Shown here piece by piece: positions 1-12,378 of a stretch of 64,000 bases of DNA (position 1 is the first letter of the stretch; each line of letters begins with the position of its first letter). The notes below the pieces were generated by a model. It made no database searches. It worked only from the letters and a program-made list of their open reading frames with translations, and was not told the DNA's origin. Source of the DNA: Trichosphaerium sp. ATCC 40318 (lineage: Eukaryota; Protista; Tubulinea). Position numbers and translations under genes: made by a program. The stretch covers positions 1-64,000 of the forward strand of contig JALMLS010000081.1 of the NCBI GenBank assembly GCA_038496445.1, given 5' to 3'.

Positions 1-255
1 AAGCGATCCTTTTAATATAACTACACGTCTACGCGCTGCTTCTGGGTTCTTCATGTGTTTACTTTTATAACTTCAGTTGTTGGTGTTTGATGATAAAAAC
101 AAAGATGTAGGTGCTCTCTATGTTGTAACTAAGTTTTTACTTTTTTTTTTTTGCAACACGTTTTGGGTTTGAATGGGTTTGCTTTAGTACAAATCACGTG
201 TCTTTTCTATTCTTGTTTGGGTTGTTTTTGTTTTGTGTTTTTTTTGGTTTCTTCG

Positions 256-2029
256 TTAAAATAATCCTGAGTATTGAGTGTCGCCTGTTTTGTAGTCATT
301 GTAAGTTGGTGCTTGGTATTGTCTATCATATACTGCTGGTTGTTGTGTTGTTCGTTGGGGAGTAAGATATGGTGAACTAGCGCGTGATGGAGTTGTTTGA
401 TAAGACGCTTGGTACGGTGAACGTCTTGGTACTGTCCCTGGCGTATGATAAGGAGATTGTGCCGTAGGTGTGAGATAAGGAGAGCGACTAGCCATCAATG
501 ATGGTGTATGGTATGGTGATGATGCTATTGGAGTACGCGGTAGACTTGCAGCGCTTGGGGTATGGTAAGGAGACTTAGAAACACCATTTGAATACGGAGA
601 TTGAGAAAGTATACTTGGATAAGGTGACCGAGAAATCCCGTTTGGACGTGGAGATTTAGGTATTGTACTTGGATAAGGTGATTGAGTAATTCTAGTTGGG
701 CGTGGAGATTTAGGTATTGTACTTGGATACGGTGATTGAGAAACTCCGTTTGGATATGGTGATTGAGAGTTTCTGCTTAGATACGGTGATTGAGAATCTC
801 TGCTTGGATATGGAGATTGTATTTGTAATGGACTTCGTTCTAGGTCTTGTGTTTGTACTGGTAGCTCTGTTTTTATCGTTTGTTCAAGTGGTTGTTCTGT
901 TTCTTGCTCTTGTTCTTGATCTAGGTCTTGTTCTTCGACTTCTTGTGATTTTGGTTCTATTATCGTTTCGGGTTGTTGTTCTTGGTGTTTTACTTGTGTG
1001 TTAACCTTTTCTAGTTTTTCTTGAAGTAAGTTTGCTGTGTTTAGAAGCGTTTGACATTTCTCAAAGAGTTCGTCATTTTCTACTTCTTTCATTTGCATGA
1101 GGTTATCCAGAGTCTTTATTTAGGTGTGAGAAATAGTCACGTGTATGATAGTTTGGCGTACATCTGCACGTGATTTTTGTCGTGCGAATTTCATGTCGTT
1201 TAAGTATGTTTCTTGGGTCATTGTTTTTGTTAGTTCATCGACTTGTAGTTCTAACGCATCTATTCTACTTTTACTTTGTTTTTCAAGAGCGTTTAGCTTA
1301 GATCTAGTGACCATATGTTCTGCTTTTTCTTGGTGAAGATCTTCGAGTAGTTTTGACTCATTCTGGACGCACGTGTTAGCGACGATTTACAAAAAGACGG
1401 TTCTTCCTCAAGAAAAACAGTTTTAATTTTTTTTTGCATTTCCTTTACCTCCTTGTAGCTCTCTAGTAAATTCTGGGCCTCGAGGTGCTTCAATTCGATA
1501 TTATTAAACGTCTCTTGTCGCGCTTGAAGTTTTCGTAACTAAACAATCTGTAAGAGAGGAGAAAAAAAAACCTTACAAAGAGATACATTATCGCGTTATG
1601 TTTTTAACATATCAAATAATTTTAGCGTACTTCTGATTCCATCTGACCTATTTTACGCTTATCTACTGTCTCTTGTACATTCTTCTCTTCTAAATATACC
1701 TCACTTTAATACAAAGTGTTTGGGTAACATTACCTACTAGTTTTTGAAGCACTTCCTCATAAGCAATGATAATATTTTTAAACTTCAAGTTTGTTTCTTG
1801 TTCTCTCCTTAGTACATCTTCGTAGTCCATTTGTATTATCTGTAGCTCATTCATAGCCTTTTAAAAAAATCAGTAAACTATTTAATAATAACACGTGGAT
1901 ACTCTTAAATACTAAAATATACAACCTCTTCGATCACGTGATCGATCTTACCTGATGATAAATTTCTTTTTTTAATTTTGCGATATAGTCTCCTGCTGAT
2001 AGCTCCGATGAACTGAAAGGTAATTCCAT
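256..2029 (-). CDS. Multi-exon coiled-coil protein: TACC-like N-terminal half plus C-terminal S-P-Y repeat tail
   Basis: ATG at 2029 (MELPFSSSELSAGDYIAKLKKEIYHQ|GTAAG). Coiled-coil exons at ~1740-1860, ~1630-1705, ~1420-1550 and ~1141-1370. A 27-nt GT-AG intron (1114-1140) joins QTIIH to TLDNLMQMKEVENDELFEKCQTLL, which resembles the TACC terminal motif (K-x2-ENEEL-x3-C-x2-L). The tail has about 13 SPY/SPR units. Confidence 0.6.
380..812 (-). repeat. Coding tandem repeats encoding S-P-Y-(P/H/L) units, 27-nt period in the core
   Basis: QSPYPSRDS QSPYLSRNS QSPYPNGVS QSPYPSTIP KSPRPTRIT QSPYPSTIP KSPRPNGIS in ORF 256..1098. Confidence 0.85.
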
Positions 2030-2770
2030 AGTGCGTCGATAATTCAAAGCAAATACAGACTGCAGTTTGTGGTTGATTAATTTTTTTTGTGAAGCTTGAC
2101 TCCCTTAACTAAACAAGCCTTAAAAATACTTTTTACCATGAATCTGCAGCCATACACAGCGTGCCAGTACTACGTGAATAGATAGTATTTGATTGGTATG
2201 AATGTGGCTTTAAGCGTGGAAATACGCTATTTATCAGCCGTTATAAGTGGTATAGTCGGCTAAGCCTGGATCGGACCATGGCCACCTATAATCGCTGGCT
2301 TTTGAAAACGAGGAACGTACACAAATGGATTCTTATTAACATCATTTGGTAATCCAAGCAAACTAGTTTGGATTATCCTCAGTAAGAGCATGTACAACTA
2401 TCTTTGGTAACATACTCCATCTTTCGGACAATGAAGGTTACTCTCAATCAATGTTCAGCCATGATTTTCACATAAGAGCACATAAGATATCAATGTATGC
2501 AACAGCAATGCAAAGTGTCACAGATACTGTTATGGGCTAGCAGTACACTTTCAATCGCCTATAGAATAAGCTATAGTCACGTGACAGCTACTAGCAGAAA
2601 ATACATCATTTGATGAAACTAACGGATGACAGCTGTACTAAAAAGGATGCTAGTATTTTTAAAATGGTTTTATATACGCTGGAGCGATATGTTATTTGAT
2701 CTTATTAGTAATGTGTACGAGTTCATTATTTTGTCTTCAACAGTTTGTTAGCAATCCACTTTAGTCCCGA

Positions 2771-3020
2771 TCAAGGCTTTAGCCCCTTCTTTGCTAACAT
2801 AACTTTGATAGGCGCAAATATGGGATGTACCAACAAGTGCTTTAATACCTCATCAGTTACTAACGTGCGACAAAGATAAAGGATGTTTCGAAGCTGATTT
2901 TGATTTAACGTTCTAAGTACAATAGCGTGGTATCCAATAACACGTTTGACAAGCTTTAAATCGTGATGTGGTTGTTTATATGCTCTTATCTCTGTAGGAA
3001 GCCGCAATACACTTTTGTGG
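2771..3020 (-). pseudogene. Decayed F-box/LRR gene fragment
   Basis: VLRLPTEI...VIGYHAIVLRTL. DNA at 2890-3000 matches 6722-6880 and 7197-7350 with deletions, and an LRR remnant (VTDEVLKHL) is present. Confidence 0.6.
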
Positions 3021-3691
3021 GAGGTGGTTGATTTTACAACGCTTTGAGGTAGATAGCATAGTATGTTGTATTCAATAATTACAAAGTAACAAAAGCCACA
3101 CTTGACCCTAAGCGACATGCATGATAGTATCCAGTCTAGTGTCAACAATTGTACCTGCAAAGATACAATCTCTCAAAAGTGCACGTGACTAGTAAATAAA
3201 GTTCAAATGGTTTGGTGACAAACCGCCAAACCTTGCTGCCAGTGCAAGGTGGTGTATTAAACAGTTAGATTGTGAAGCACGCTTAAATCTTGACTCGTGT
3301 AACTGTTCCTCACTATCCCTAGATTACCATATACTAGTATATAATTGATACCAAAACAAGATCACACCTCCTTCCCGGGCCACAACAATAATACACAAAT
3401 AAACCCTATGCGTGCATGTAGTATACGTAATGACTGGTACAAGGTTAAACACTAGTTGATTTGCTGTCTATTGTTTATAAGGTTTGCCTAGTACCAATTA
3501 AGTTATTGGCAGTATCGCTCCCCAAAACCTCTGCAGTTGCATATGAACTACAATACTTTGTGTTCTGTAAAACAAGAGATTCATATCAAATTGTTTAAGG
3601 GGGCGTGCACCTTAAGCCTAACTGATGCATTATGCACAAAAAATACAGAGTATAATAATAGGATTTATTATTTTTGTTGGGGTGAACAACT

Positions 3692-5719
3692 TTAAGTTGT
3701 TTTTTTGTCGTGATTGTACAGTTGATAGTCGTTATTAGGTATGTGTAACTTTAGTCTTATATGTTCATTGTATTCCTTGAATGTAACCGGAAACGGTCCT
3801 TTTTTACTTGGACTATCACTCCATGTGACATTCTGATCAAGTGTTGGTTTTGGTTCAAACAACGGTTTTGCAAAAAAAAACTTTTTGCTGTTTAGAAGAT
3901 CAGGATACTCTTCTACCAATAAGTCATATGCACGAAACCAATGTACCCATTGAATACGCCTTCTACCACCCTATACATAATTTTAAGTACAAAAGAGGAT
4001 ACAGAATATGCAGAGACCAAAAAAAGAAACAGAAAAAAAAAGGATGAAGCTGAAGTCTTTCAAAAACTAAACATTAACAGTTCACATGTTATTTAAAAAA
4101 TGAAGCTCTAAAACTGATTTGTGGAATATTAATAAATGATTGGGAATAGTAATGATAAAGATAAAAGATTATCAAAGTCGATGGTTAACTTACAGATAAA
4201 AACCAAGGTTTGCCTCCAGGGAAATGCCAAACTTTTGAATTACCGAGCCAGTTTTGATTGTATAGCCCATGAACGTTTCTGGCATCAACAACATAACCCT
4301 GGTTTAAAAATTATCAATACAGAGAGTAAGGATACACTCAAACGAAAGTTGTTGTTCAAAAAAAAAACCCATCTCAAAGAACGGAGAATGTGAAATGAAC
4401 GTACCATGGTAAAAGATTCCATCTCAATGAATCATTACGTGCTACAAAAGCATAGTTAAGTACCCACTGATCACAACATTCCTTCAACTGCAGTTCTGCT
4501 ATAAAGTGTTCTCTGAGCACTTTTACAAGGTGGTTGTAAACTTTATCATTCGGTTCAAAAACGAAGAAACCTTGTGTTAAAAATAGATCAGTATTTTCTT
4601 GTCAACTTGATTCATAGCATACCTGTATTACAAGCTTCCTCATCACTACGCGCCCAGTATTCTCGATGTGCTAGTTATAGTTAGATAGGAGGTAAGTGTA
4701 TGATGGTGTTCGTACCAGCTGGTGTTGGATATGTGAATATATCATCAATGTTTTTTGTAATGACCATATCAGCATCAATAAAACATGCTTTGGTGTATCC
4801 TTTCATGAGCTTGAATATCTTTAATTTAGCTAATCTAGTTCCATGTTGTTTGCTCTAAGCACTTCTGTCAGTAAAAGTAAAATAGAAAGCAACGGAAAAA
4901 AAATATACTGAGTTCTTTTGTCAAATGGGTCAAGTATTTCTTAAGTGACGCACAGGTTTCTTTGTAATGTTGTATTCCATAAATAATTTAGTAACATTAA
5001 ATGGTTCTATGACTCTTATTTCATCAGCCAACTTCTCATACGCATCTGGAAGCTACAACAAGAACCATAAAGTCAAAAAAAAAAAAACAAAGCAGAATCA
5101 AATCAAAAAAAAAAAAAAAAAAGAGAGTCCTTCCTGCCGTACTTCGTTTACCAGATTTTTTGTAATGAACAATATAATCGGATACTTAGGTTTCTGTAGT
5201 TTAAGTGAATGTATCATAACAGCTGCTGACATGACATACGTCTTTGTCGCTAAAGCAAAAAAAACAACTTTAATAAAAACGAATCAAACGCATAGCAATG
5301 AGTTTTAAGCGTACTCATCAATGCAATGTAGCAATACTTCGCTAATGGTTTCACGGTAGGTTCTTCCACTCCTTCACCCATCGTTAAAGCTATTGGCGGT
5401 TCTAAAGGTGCCGAAGGCTCCAAAGCTATGTCGGTAGATGCAAAAAACGGCCCAGTGTGCGATAATACGCCCGAAAAGTCTAAACATCGTTACAAACATT
5501 GTAGACGCCAAAATATAACGAAGTATCACTTGTTCGTGTGTTTGAGGAGTAAAAGGTTAAAACTACGTGGTTTTCACGATTCACGATTCACATTGTTTTT
5601 CTCTGCGTACGTATAACAGCAATGCATACAAACACTGCTAGAGCCATAATAATTATTCTTCGTCCTGGGATCATCGAATATTGTTTTGAAGTACTAGAGT
5701 TCTCCATTTCAGGCTCCAT
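3692..5719 (-). CDS. Type II membrane glycosyltransferase family 8 (glycogenin-like fold), paralog 1, ~8 exons
   Basis: Spliced product has an N-terminal TM (RRIIIMALAVFVCIAVI), then YCYIALM, HSLK, RLAKLKIF, CFIDAD (DxD), CNTGFF, CCDQWVLNY and WHFPGGKPW. Intron positions match the other five copies. Confidence 0.85.
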
Positions 5720-5893
5720 ACTCAAAATAAGCTTATGCGATGAGTTGCTATTACTGTGGGAACTAATAAAATCACTTGACGGTCAAACTTCTTCTACGAG
5801 TACTTAAGAGACGTCGATTCGCTACATATTAAGTAGAAATAAACAGATCTTAGAAATAATGCAAAATGGTTTTAATGCCTATAAGTATAGAAT

Positions 5894-7390
5894 GTTAGCT
5901 AACATGTGAAAATAGTAATTGAAGTTTAAGATGGTTCTGAGGTGAGTAAAAACGTCTCAAAGATTCTCGAAATCCTGTAAGTATCCAAAAATTCGCGTAG
6001 TTTTCGAAACTGTCTCAAAAGCGATGCGCCCCTATCAAAAGGTCCAGTCCGTGAGTCCGAGATAACGCTATTTCCAAGGTAGATTGACTGTTTACAACTT
6101 TAAGAGTAGCTGAACCCAAGAGCCAAAGAAGGAGTTTTTTTTATTGTCCGTACAATGGGTAAAAGAAGCAAACCAAAAACCTGCAAGACTTTTCTTGAAA
6201 TCACTTTTCGTCTTCCTAACAATAATATTCAAAAGTATCTCTATAAGCAGTGAAAACAAGTTTGTTATTTCGGTGAATAAAGTAGCACGTGAAACCTGCT
6301 TAGTTGTCATTGTACGTTTAAATTTATTGAGCAAGTTGCACTTGTTACAGTTGTTACCATTCAGGGTAGCCAATATATTCTGCGCCCTCAAGTGCCTTGA
6401 TGCCTTCAGCAGTTATTGAAGTTTCGTAGAGGGAAATAGTATGAACTCCAGTAAGTGCTTTAATACCTTCATCAGTCACATTCTTACTTTCAAAGATGTC
6501 TATCTTATGAACCCCTTTTAGTGCTTTAAGACCTTTGTCTGTTACTGAAGTATTGCTGAGGTCAATAGTATGAACTCCAGCAAGTGCTTTGACACCTTCA
6601 TCTGTTACTGATATGCCGCTGAGGTGAATATTATGAACTCCAGCAAATTGTTTGATAATATCATCTCCAACACCATATGTTTTAACTTCAATTTTTGTAT
6701 TTCAGAATACCTGGGTGTTTTGAAGCTGATTTTGCTTGACTTAACGTTCTAAGTACAATAGCGTGGTATCCAATAACGTCATGAACGATTGAAGCAAGGA
6801 AACGACAGGTTTAAGCAGCTTTGAATCGTGATTTGGTTGCTTTACGCAAGATGTGCGCTATTATATCTGACGGAAGCTGTAATAATGTTGGCTTTTTAAC
6901 TGAGAAAATAAAGTTAGCTAACATGTGAAATCTGGTAATTGAAGTTTAAGATGGTTCTGAGGTGAGTAAAAACGTCTCAAAGATTCTCGAAATCCTGTAA
7001 GTATCCAACAATTCGCGTAGTTTTCGAAACTGTCTCAAAAGCGATGCGCCCCTATCAAAAGGGCCCGTCCGTGAGTCCGAGATAACGCTATTTCCAAGGT
7101 CGATTGACTGTTTACAACTTGAAGAGTCGCTGAACCCAAGAGCCAAAGAAGGAGTTTTTTTTATTGTCCGTGTATTTCAGAATACCTGGATGTTTTGAAG
7201 CTGATTTTGCTTGACTTAACGTTCTAAGTACAATAGTGTGGTATCCAATAACGTCATGAACGATTGAAGCAAGGAAACGACAGGTTTGAGCAGCTTTGAA
7301 TCGTGATTTGGTTGTTTTACGCAAGATGTGTGCTATTATATCTGTCGGAAGCTGTAATAATGTTGGCTTTTTAACTGAGAAAATAAAGAA
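5894..7390. repeat. Local direct duplications: 5894-6152 ~ 6913-7172 and 6697-6912 ~ 7172-7390
   Basis: Near-identical blocks starting gttagctaacatgtgaaa... and gtatttcagaatacctgg.... Confidence 0.85.
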
Positions 7391-7400
7391 AGTCAATGCA
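6150..7400 (-). pseudogene. Scrambled F-box/LRR pseudogene fragments
   Basis: F-box-like LLQLPTDIIAHILRKTTKSRFKAAQTCRFL in ORF 7112..7543 is homologous to the N-termini at 25736 and 52025. Frameshifted LAGVHTIDL/VTDKGLKAL repeats at ~6330-6660. Confidence 0.7.
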
Positions 7401-7578
7401 AATCTGGCAAATGGATACATAAGCTTACTAAAGTAGTAAAGATAGTTTTGCATCATGTAACATTTCGCTTTTATCAAAATTAAGGATATAAGTGGCTCAA
7501 CATCGATTTTCTGCCATGACAAAAAGATAGCCAGAGCTGGCATTCAAAGGAGTAAGCCATACCAACTTACAGATAAAC

Positions 7579-8920
7579 TTATTTTATTAAAGCGTTCTCG
7601 ACATCTTCAGTACTTGTAGTCACTACTTCAAGGTCCTTATTGTTCATGTGAACAACATAAACATATGCACTTGTAACGAACATAACACTATGTTCAGTAA
7701 GGTATTTTTTGCTTTTTCTTTTATAGATGAAACAAGGTAGTATTTCTCCAGACAGTTTATGTTTAACCATCCTTACATCTGCAGTGTCAACTGTTCTTTT
7801 CTTAGTAACATCATCAACAACTATAACAGTATTTAGCAACCCAGTTGCGACATTATAGTTAAACCTACAATCAAAGTCATCTTCCAAACACCCTGCACAT
7901 AACCGTCTCCATGTGTTCCTAGGACGCAATTGAACAAGTAAATTAAATTCTCCTTTTGAGATTCCACGAATTTGATCAGTAATTGGTACACTAAAAGGTT
8001 TATCCTGTTTAAAGACAACAAGTCAATAAGTCAATTAACATGTTTCTATGAAATATGTGTGCCTTTGTGTACACCCATTCATCTACCATGTCGTTTCTAC
8101 GATTGATAAAGCTAAAATCTCCATTGTACTTTGCCATTAAATTCTCGCCTTCATAGACATCTATCTCCATCTTCATGTTATTAAGAATACCCTTGATTGG
8201 TATTTTTATTGTACACGGCTTCCATCCTTGCAAACAAAAAGTCAGAAACACAAAAAACCACGTGAAACATCACTGAAAAAAACGTGACAAAAAACCAAAA
8301 TAAACTGAAACGGCATTTTTCACATACGAATCAATCTCTCCTTAATTTGACGCTTGGTTTTTCTTGAGCGAGACTTTCCATATGGCTTTTCAATAATTTT
8401 ATGTGTATACTCCTTTCCATTCACAGGTGTGAAAGATAGCGTGCAGGTATGTTTTACTATCTCTACAAAAAATGTCAATGTCAAAGAGTACTAATTCATT
8501 GAAAACTCTCACCCCAATCTTCACGTTTGCGTTTATGTCGTATCCGTGGTGGCAAGGTACTTATAGGTATTATGGATACCACCGTTTCGGTTCTAGTTCT
8601 ATACATCCAATACGGTCTAAATACGCGCCCAAGCATCTTTTCTCGATATACGAGCGCCTGTAGTTGTTTTTAAGTGATATTTTGAAAAAAACGTGATAGT
8701 ACCACTAAATAAGTTCTTAAATCTGTTGTTACATTGTATTTTCTACGAAGAATTGTCTTTGCATACTCAATAACAACACTGTGACAGATATAGCAAGTTC
8801 TTGACAATGAAAGTGCTTTAAGTATGCTGCCCTCTGATACTATATATCCAACAATGCTGTATAACAATTCTACAGGTAAACGTTGAAGTAACAAGCCTGA
8901 TGTGTTGCTCTCACGTGACA
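7579..8920 (-). CDS. Putative multi-exon F-box protein
   Basis: MSRESNTSGLLLQRLPVELLYSIVGYI...LSRTC is F-box-like. Downstream open minus-strand exons (8009-8230, 7579-7915) are separated by T-rich GT-AG introns, but the exon joining is uncertain. Confidence 0.5.
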
Positions 8921-9774
8921 TAACGTAATAAACTGTACAACAATTTTTGAAGGAAAAAAACGTGATAAATGACATTTTTCAGGCCACTGAAGAGTAGAAG
9001 TAAGACCAATGCTAGACATGTTAAAAAAGCGGGGTTCAACTTGTATGGACTATTAGTGAAGATGTTTAGCAAACATGGAAAAAAAGAGGATTTAGATAAA
9101 TGAATAATTCCAGTTCGTTTCTTGGTTTTTGTGCTTTTTGTCTAACTGTTTTTGCTACAGCCGTTTGACTCTCTGTATTGCTTTTTTAAGTGTAGAAAAT
9201 GTTGTTTGATGGTGTCTTATATTTTTCCGGAACTACCTAAACTGGGAAGACAGGCAACAATACAGAAAACTTGTGTTCAAATTTCGTAGTTTTTTCCAAC
9301 ATTGACAAGGTTTGCATTGGCAGTCTGGCAATCCTTTTTGTTTGAAATTCAGACCAATCAGTTGATCTAGCATATATTGTTGAATGAACTGCTGTACTAA
9401 TATATAACAGGGAAAGGAACAAGTAGTCGAGAAGAAAAACTTCGCCCCATTTTTTTGTTGTGACATGTTTATTCCACACGCAGTTCCTTATGCGGGGTGC
9501 GAAATTATCAAGCGCTGAACTGCTGCGAAGTTGATGGTACCTTACTCCTAAAATGTTAATGTCGGAAACGGTTATCTGTTTCTTTAGGTTCCTATTTGAT
9601 ATGAACTTTGAGAGCAGAGGTTCTTCAGCAGAAACGGTACTCATGCGCTATGATAGAAAGTTATCTTGACTGTATATCACCGTGTTACATTGCAAAGATA
9701 TGTAAACAAAAATAACAACCCTTGAAAGAGTCTTGACTAAGGAGTTGAAATCTAACATTCTGTGGTTTATTTTT

Positions 9775-11706
9775 TTATTTATTATTTTTGGTTGTAACAT
9801 TAACTTTAAGTTTTTTTTTTGTGTGATTGTACATTTGATAGTCGTTATTAGGTATATGCAAATTTAGTCTAATATCATCATAGTATTCTTTAAATGTAAC
9901 AGGAAGGTGTTCTTGTCGATGAGGATTCCATGTGACATTCAGATCAGTTGTTGGTTTTGGTTCAAATAATGGTTTTGTCTTTCGTGCATTTAAAAAAGGC
10001 TTATTTTTTAAGAGATCAGGGTACTCTTCTACCATTAAGTCATAGGCACGGAACCATTGTACCCATTGAATACGCCTTCTACCACCCTACACACGATTTT
10101 AAGTACAAAGTACTAACCATTTAAAAACGTTGTATCAAGACTACATTTGTAGTAGAGATGTAATGGAATGGTTAATAAAAAGATTCAAAAATAATTTGAA
10201 TCAATGCAACTTACAGGTAAAAACCAAGGTTTGGGGCCAGGGAAATGCCAAACCTTTGTATCAGCTAGCCATTTTTTTTTGTATAGATAATTAACGTTTC
10301 TGCCATCGACAACATAACCCCTTTTAAAAATCAACATTGAATTCTATGACAGGTTGTGCTATCGGCAATAAAAGAACGTATAATGTACCATGGTAAAAGA
10401 TTCCATTTCAACGAATCATTACGTTCTATAAAAGCATAGTTGAGTACCCACTGATCACAGCATACCGACAACTTTAAGTCTCGCACAAAGTGTTCATTGA
10501 CCAGTTTTTCGAGGTGATTGTAAACTTTCTCTGAAGGTTCGAAAAGGAAGAACCCTATAATAAACACATAAGCTTTTCAACTTGATTCATAGCATACCTG
10601 TATTACAAGATTCCTCATCTTTACGCGCCCAGTAGTCTCGATGAGCTATTTATAGTTATATACGATGTAAAAGTAGGTTGGTATTCGTACCAGATGGTGT
10701 TGGATATGTGAATATGTCATCAACGTTTTTTACAATAGCCATATCAGCATCAATAAAACATACTTTGGTGTACCCTTTCATGAGCTTGAATATCTTTAAT
10801 TTGGCCAGTCTGTTTTGATATTTATGCTTCTAAATACAGGTGTCATTAAAAGTAGAGGAGTCGGTAAAATAGCAGGATTTTTGGTATTATTGTTCAATTT
10901 GTTCACAATGTCCAACTGAGCCAAGTACTTTATACATAACGCACAGGTGTTCGTAAGCTTATATTCTTGAATTCTTTACTTATGTGAAAGGGTTCTATGA
11001 TCCTTATTTCATCAGTCAATATCTTAAACTCATCTGGAAGCTAAAACAAGAAAAATATAAAGTTAAAAAAAGAAAAAAAAACAAGTGCAACAACTTTGCT
11101 CTTAGCGTACTATTTTAATCAAAGTATCTGCCACGAATAATATAATTGGATACTTAGGGTTATGTAGTTTAAGTGAATGTATCATAACAGCCGCTGGCAT
11201 GACATACGCCTTTGATGCTAAAGCACAAAACATAACTTAAAAATGTGATCACGTGATTTTGTTACTCACTTATCATTGCAACATAGCAATACTTCGCTAA
11301 TGGTTTCACAGTAGGTTCTTTCTCTTCTGCATCCATTTCTTTTTGTATCTCTGTTGTTTCTTCGTGTTTCACTGTTGGTACGTCAGTGGCGCCTGTGGGG
11401 TGTTCTTCAGTAGCAAAAGGCGCACTTAGCGCCTCAATAATCGAAGAAGAAGTTGATAATGTCCCCATGTATTCTAAACATCGTTATACACCTCGCAAAC
11501 GCCAAATTGTATCGAAATATCGCCGTTTCCGTGATTTTGGGGAGTTACAGTTCATACCACGTGGTTTTTAACTTGTCCCCGAATTTATATTGTTTTTATT
11601 TGTGCGTACGTAAAGCAACAACGCATACAAACAATGCTACGGCTATAAGAATAACTCGTAGTCCTGGAATCTTATATTGTGTTGAACTACCATCAGAGGT
11701 CTCCAT
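9775..11706 (-). CDS. GT8 glycosyltransferase, paralog 2
   Basis: ATG at 11706 (METSDGSSTQYKIPG), TM segment, FIDAD, CNTG, CCDQWVLNY, WHFPGPKPW. Confidence 0.85.
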
Positions 11707-11794
11707 TTAGGCTCTCCTTGCGCTCAATACTCGTGATATCTCGCGAAGATGAGAAGTGACGTCAGAATATTTTGGAGACTCGCTGAATGCACTG

Positions 11795-12270
11795 TTTAAT
11801 TATGTGAACACCAGCAAGTGCCTTAACACCTTCATCTGTTACTTTTCGTACAATCATTTTGGTTAATTGTATGAACTACAGAAAGCGCATAAATGCCTTC
11901 ATCTGTCAAGTTCTCACAAAAGAAAGATCAATTAAATGAACACCAGAAAGCAATCTTTCCAATCTAAAACATCTCGTATTATAGATCAGGCTCTTACTGA
12001 CGAAGGCATAAAAGCCCTCAAAGGTGTGCATTCAATGACAATTTTTGATTGTGCGAAGGTGACAGGGAAGGTATTATAGCGCTTGCTGGAGTACACACTA
12101 TTATTAGTAATACTGCACACCATTACCCTTAAGCCCTCTAAAGTAACAGACAAATCACTGTCAGGTATTCATACTATTGACTTCTTGTTGCACTGGTATT
12201 ACAGATAATGGCATTAAAGCTATCTATGGTGTTCATACCTTTAGTCTTGACCTTGTCGAAGGTATCACAG
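11795..12270. pseudogene. LRR pseudogene remnants in the palindrome spacer, in both orientations
   Basis: Minus strand VTDEGVKALAGVH at ~11800-11845. Plus strand LTDEGIKALKGVHS (11993-12035) and ITDNGIKAIYGVHTFSL (12198-12250), with frameshifts. Confidence 0.7.
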
Positions 12271-12378
12271 TTGTGGTTCTCGGCCTTTCACCTGCCAAAG
12301 ACAAACAATCTCACCAAAATAGTCTTACAAAGTCATCTTCGCGAGATATCACGAGTATTGAGCGCAAGGAGAGCCTAA

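Noticed and set aside
717-1004. Hydrophobic plus-strand ORF, and likewise ORFs 57772-58077 and 57912-58221
   Set aside because: Shadow frames of low-complexity coding sequence.
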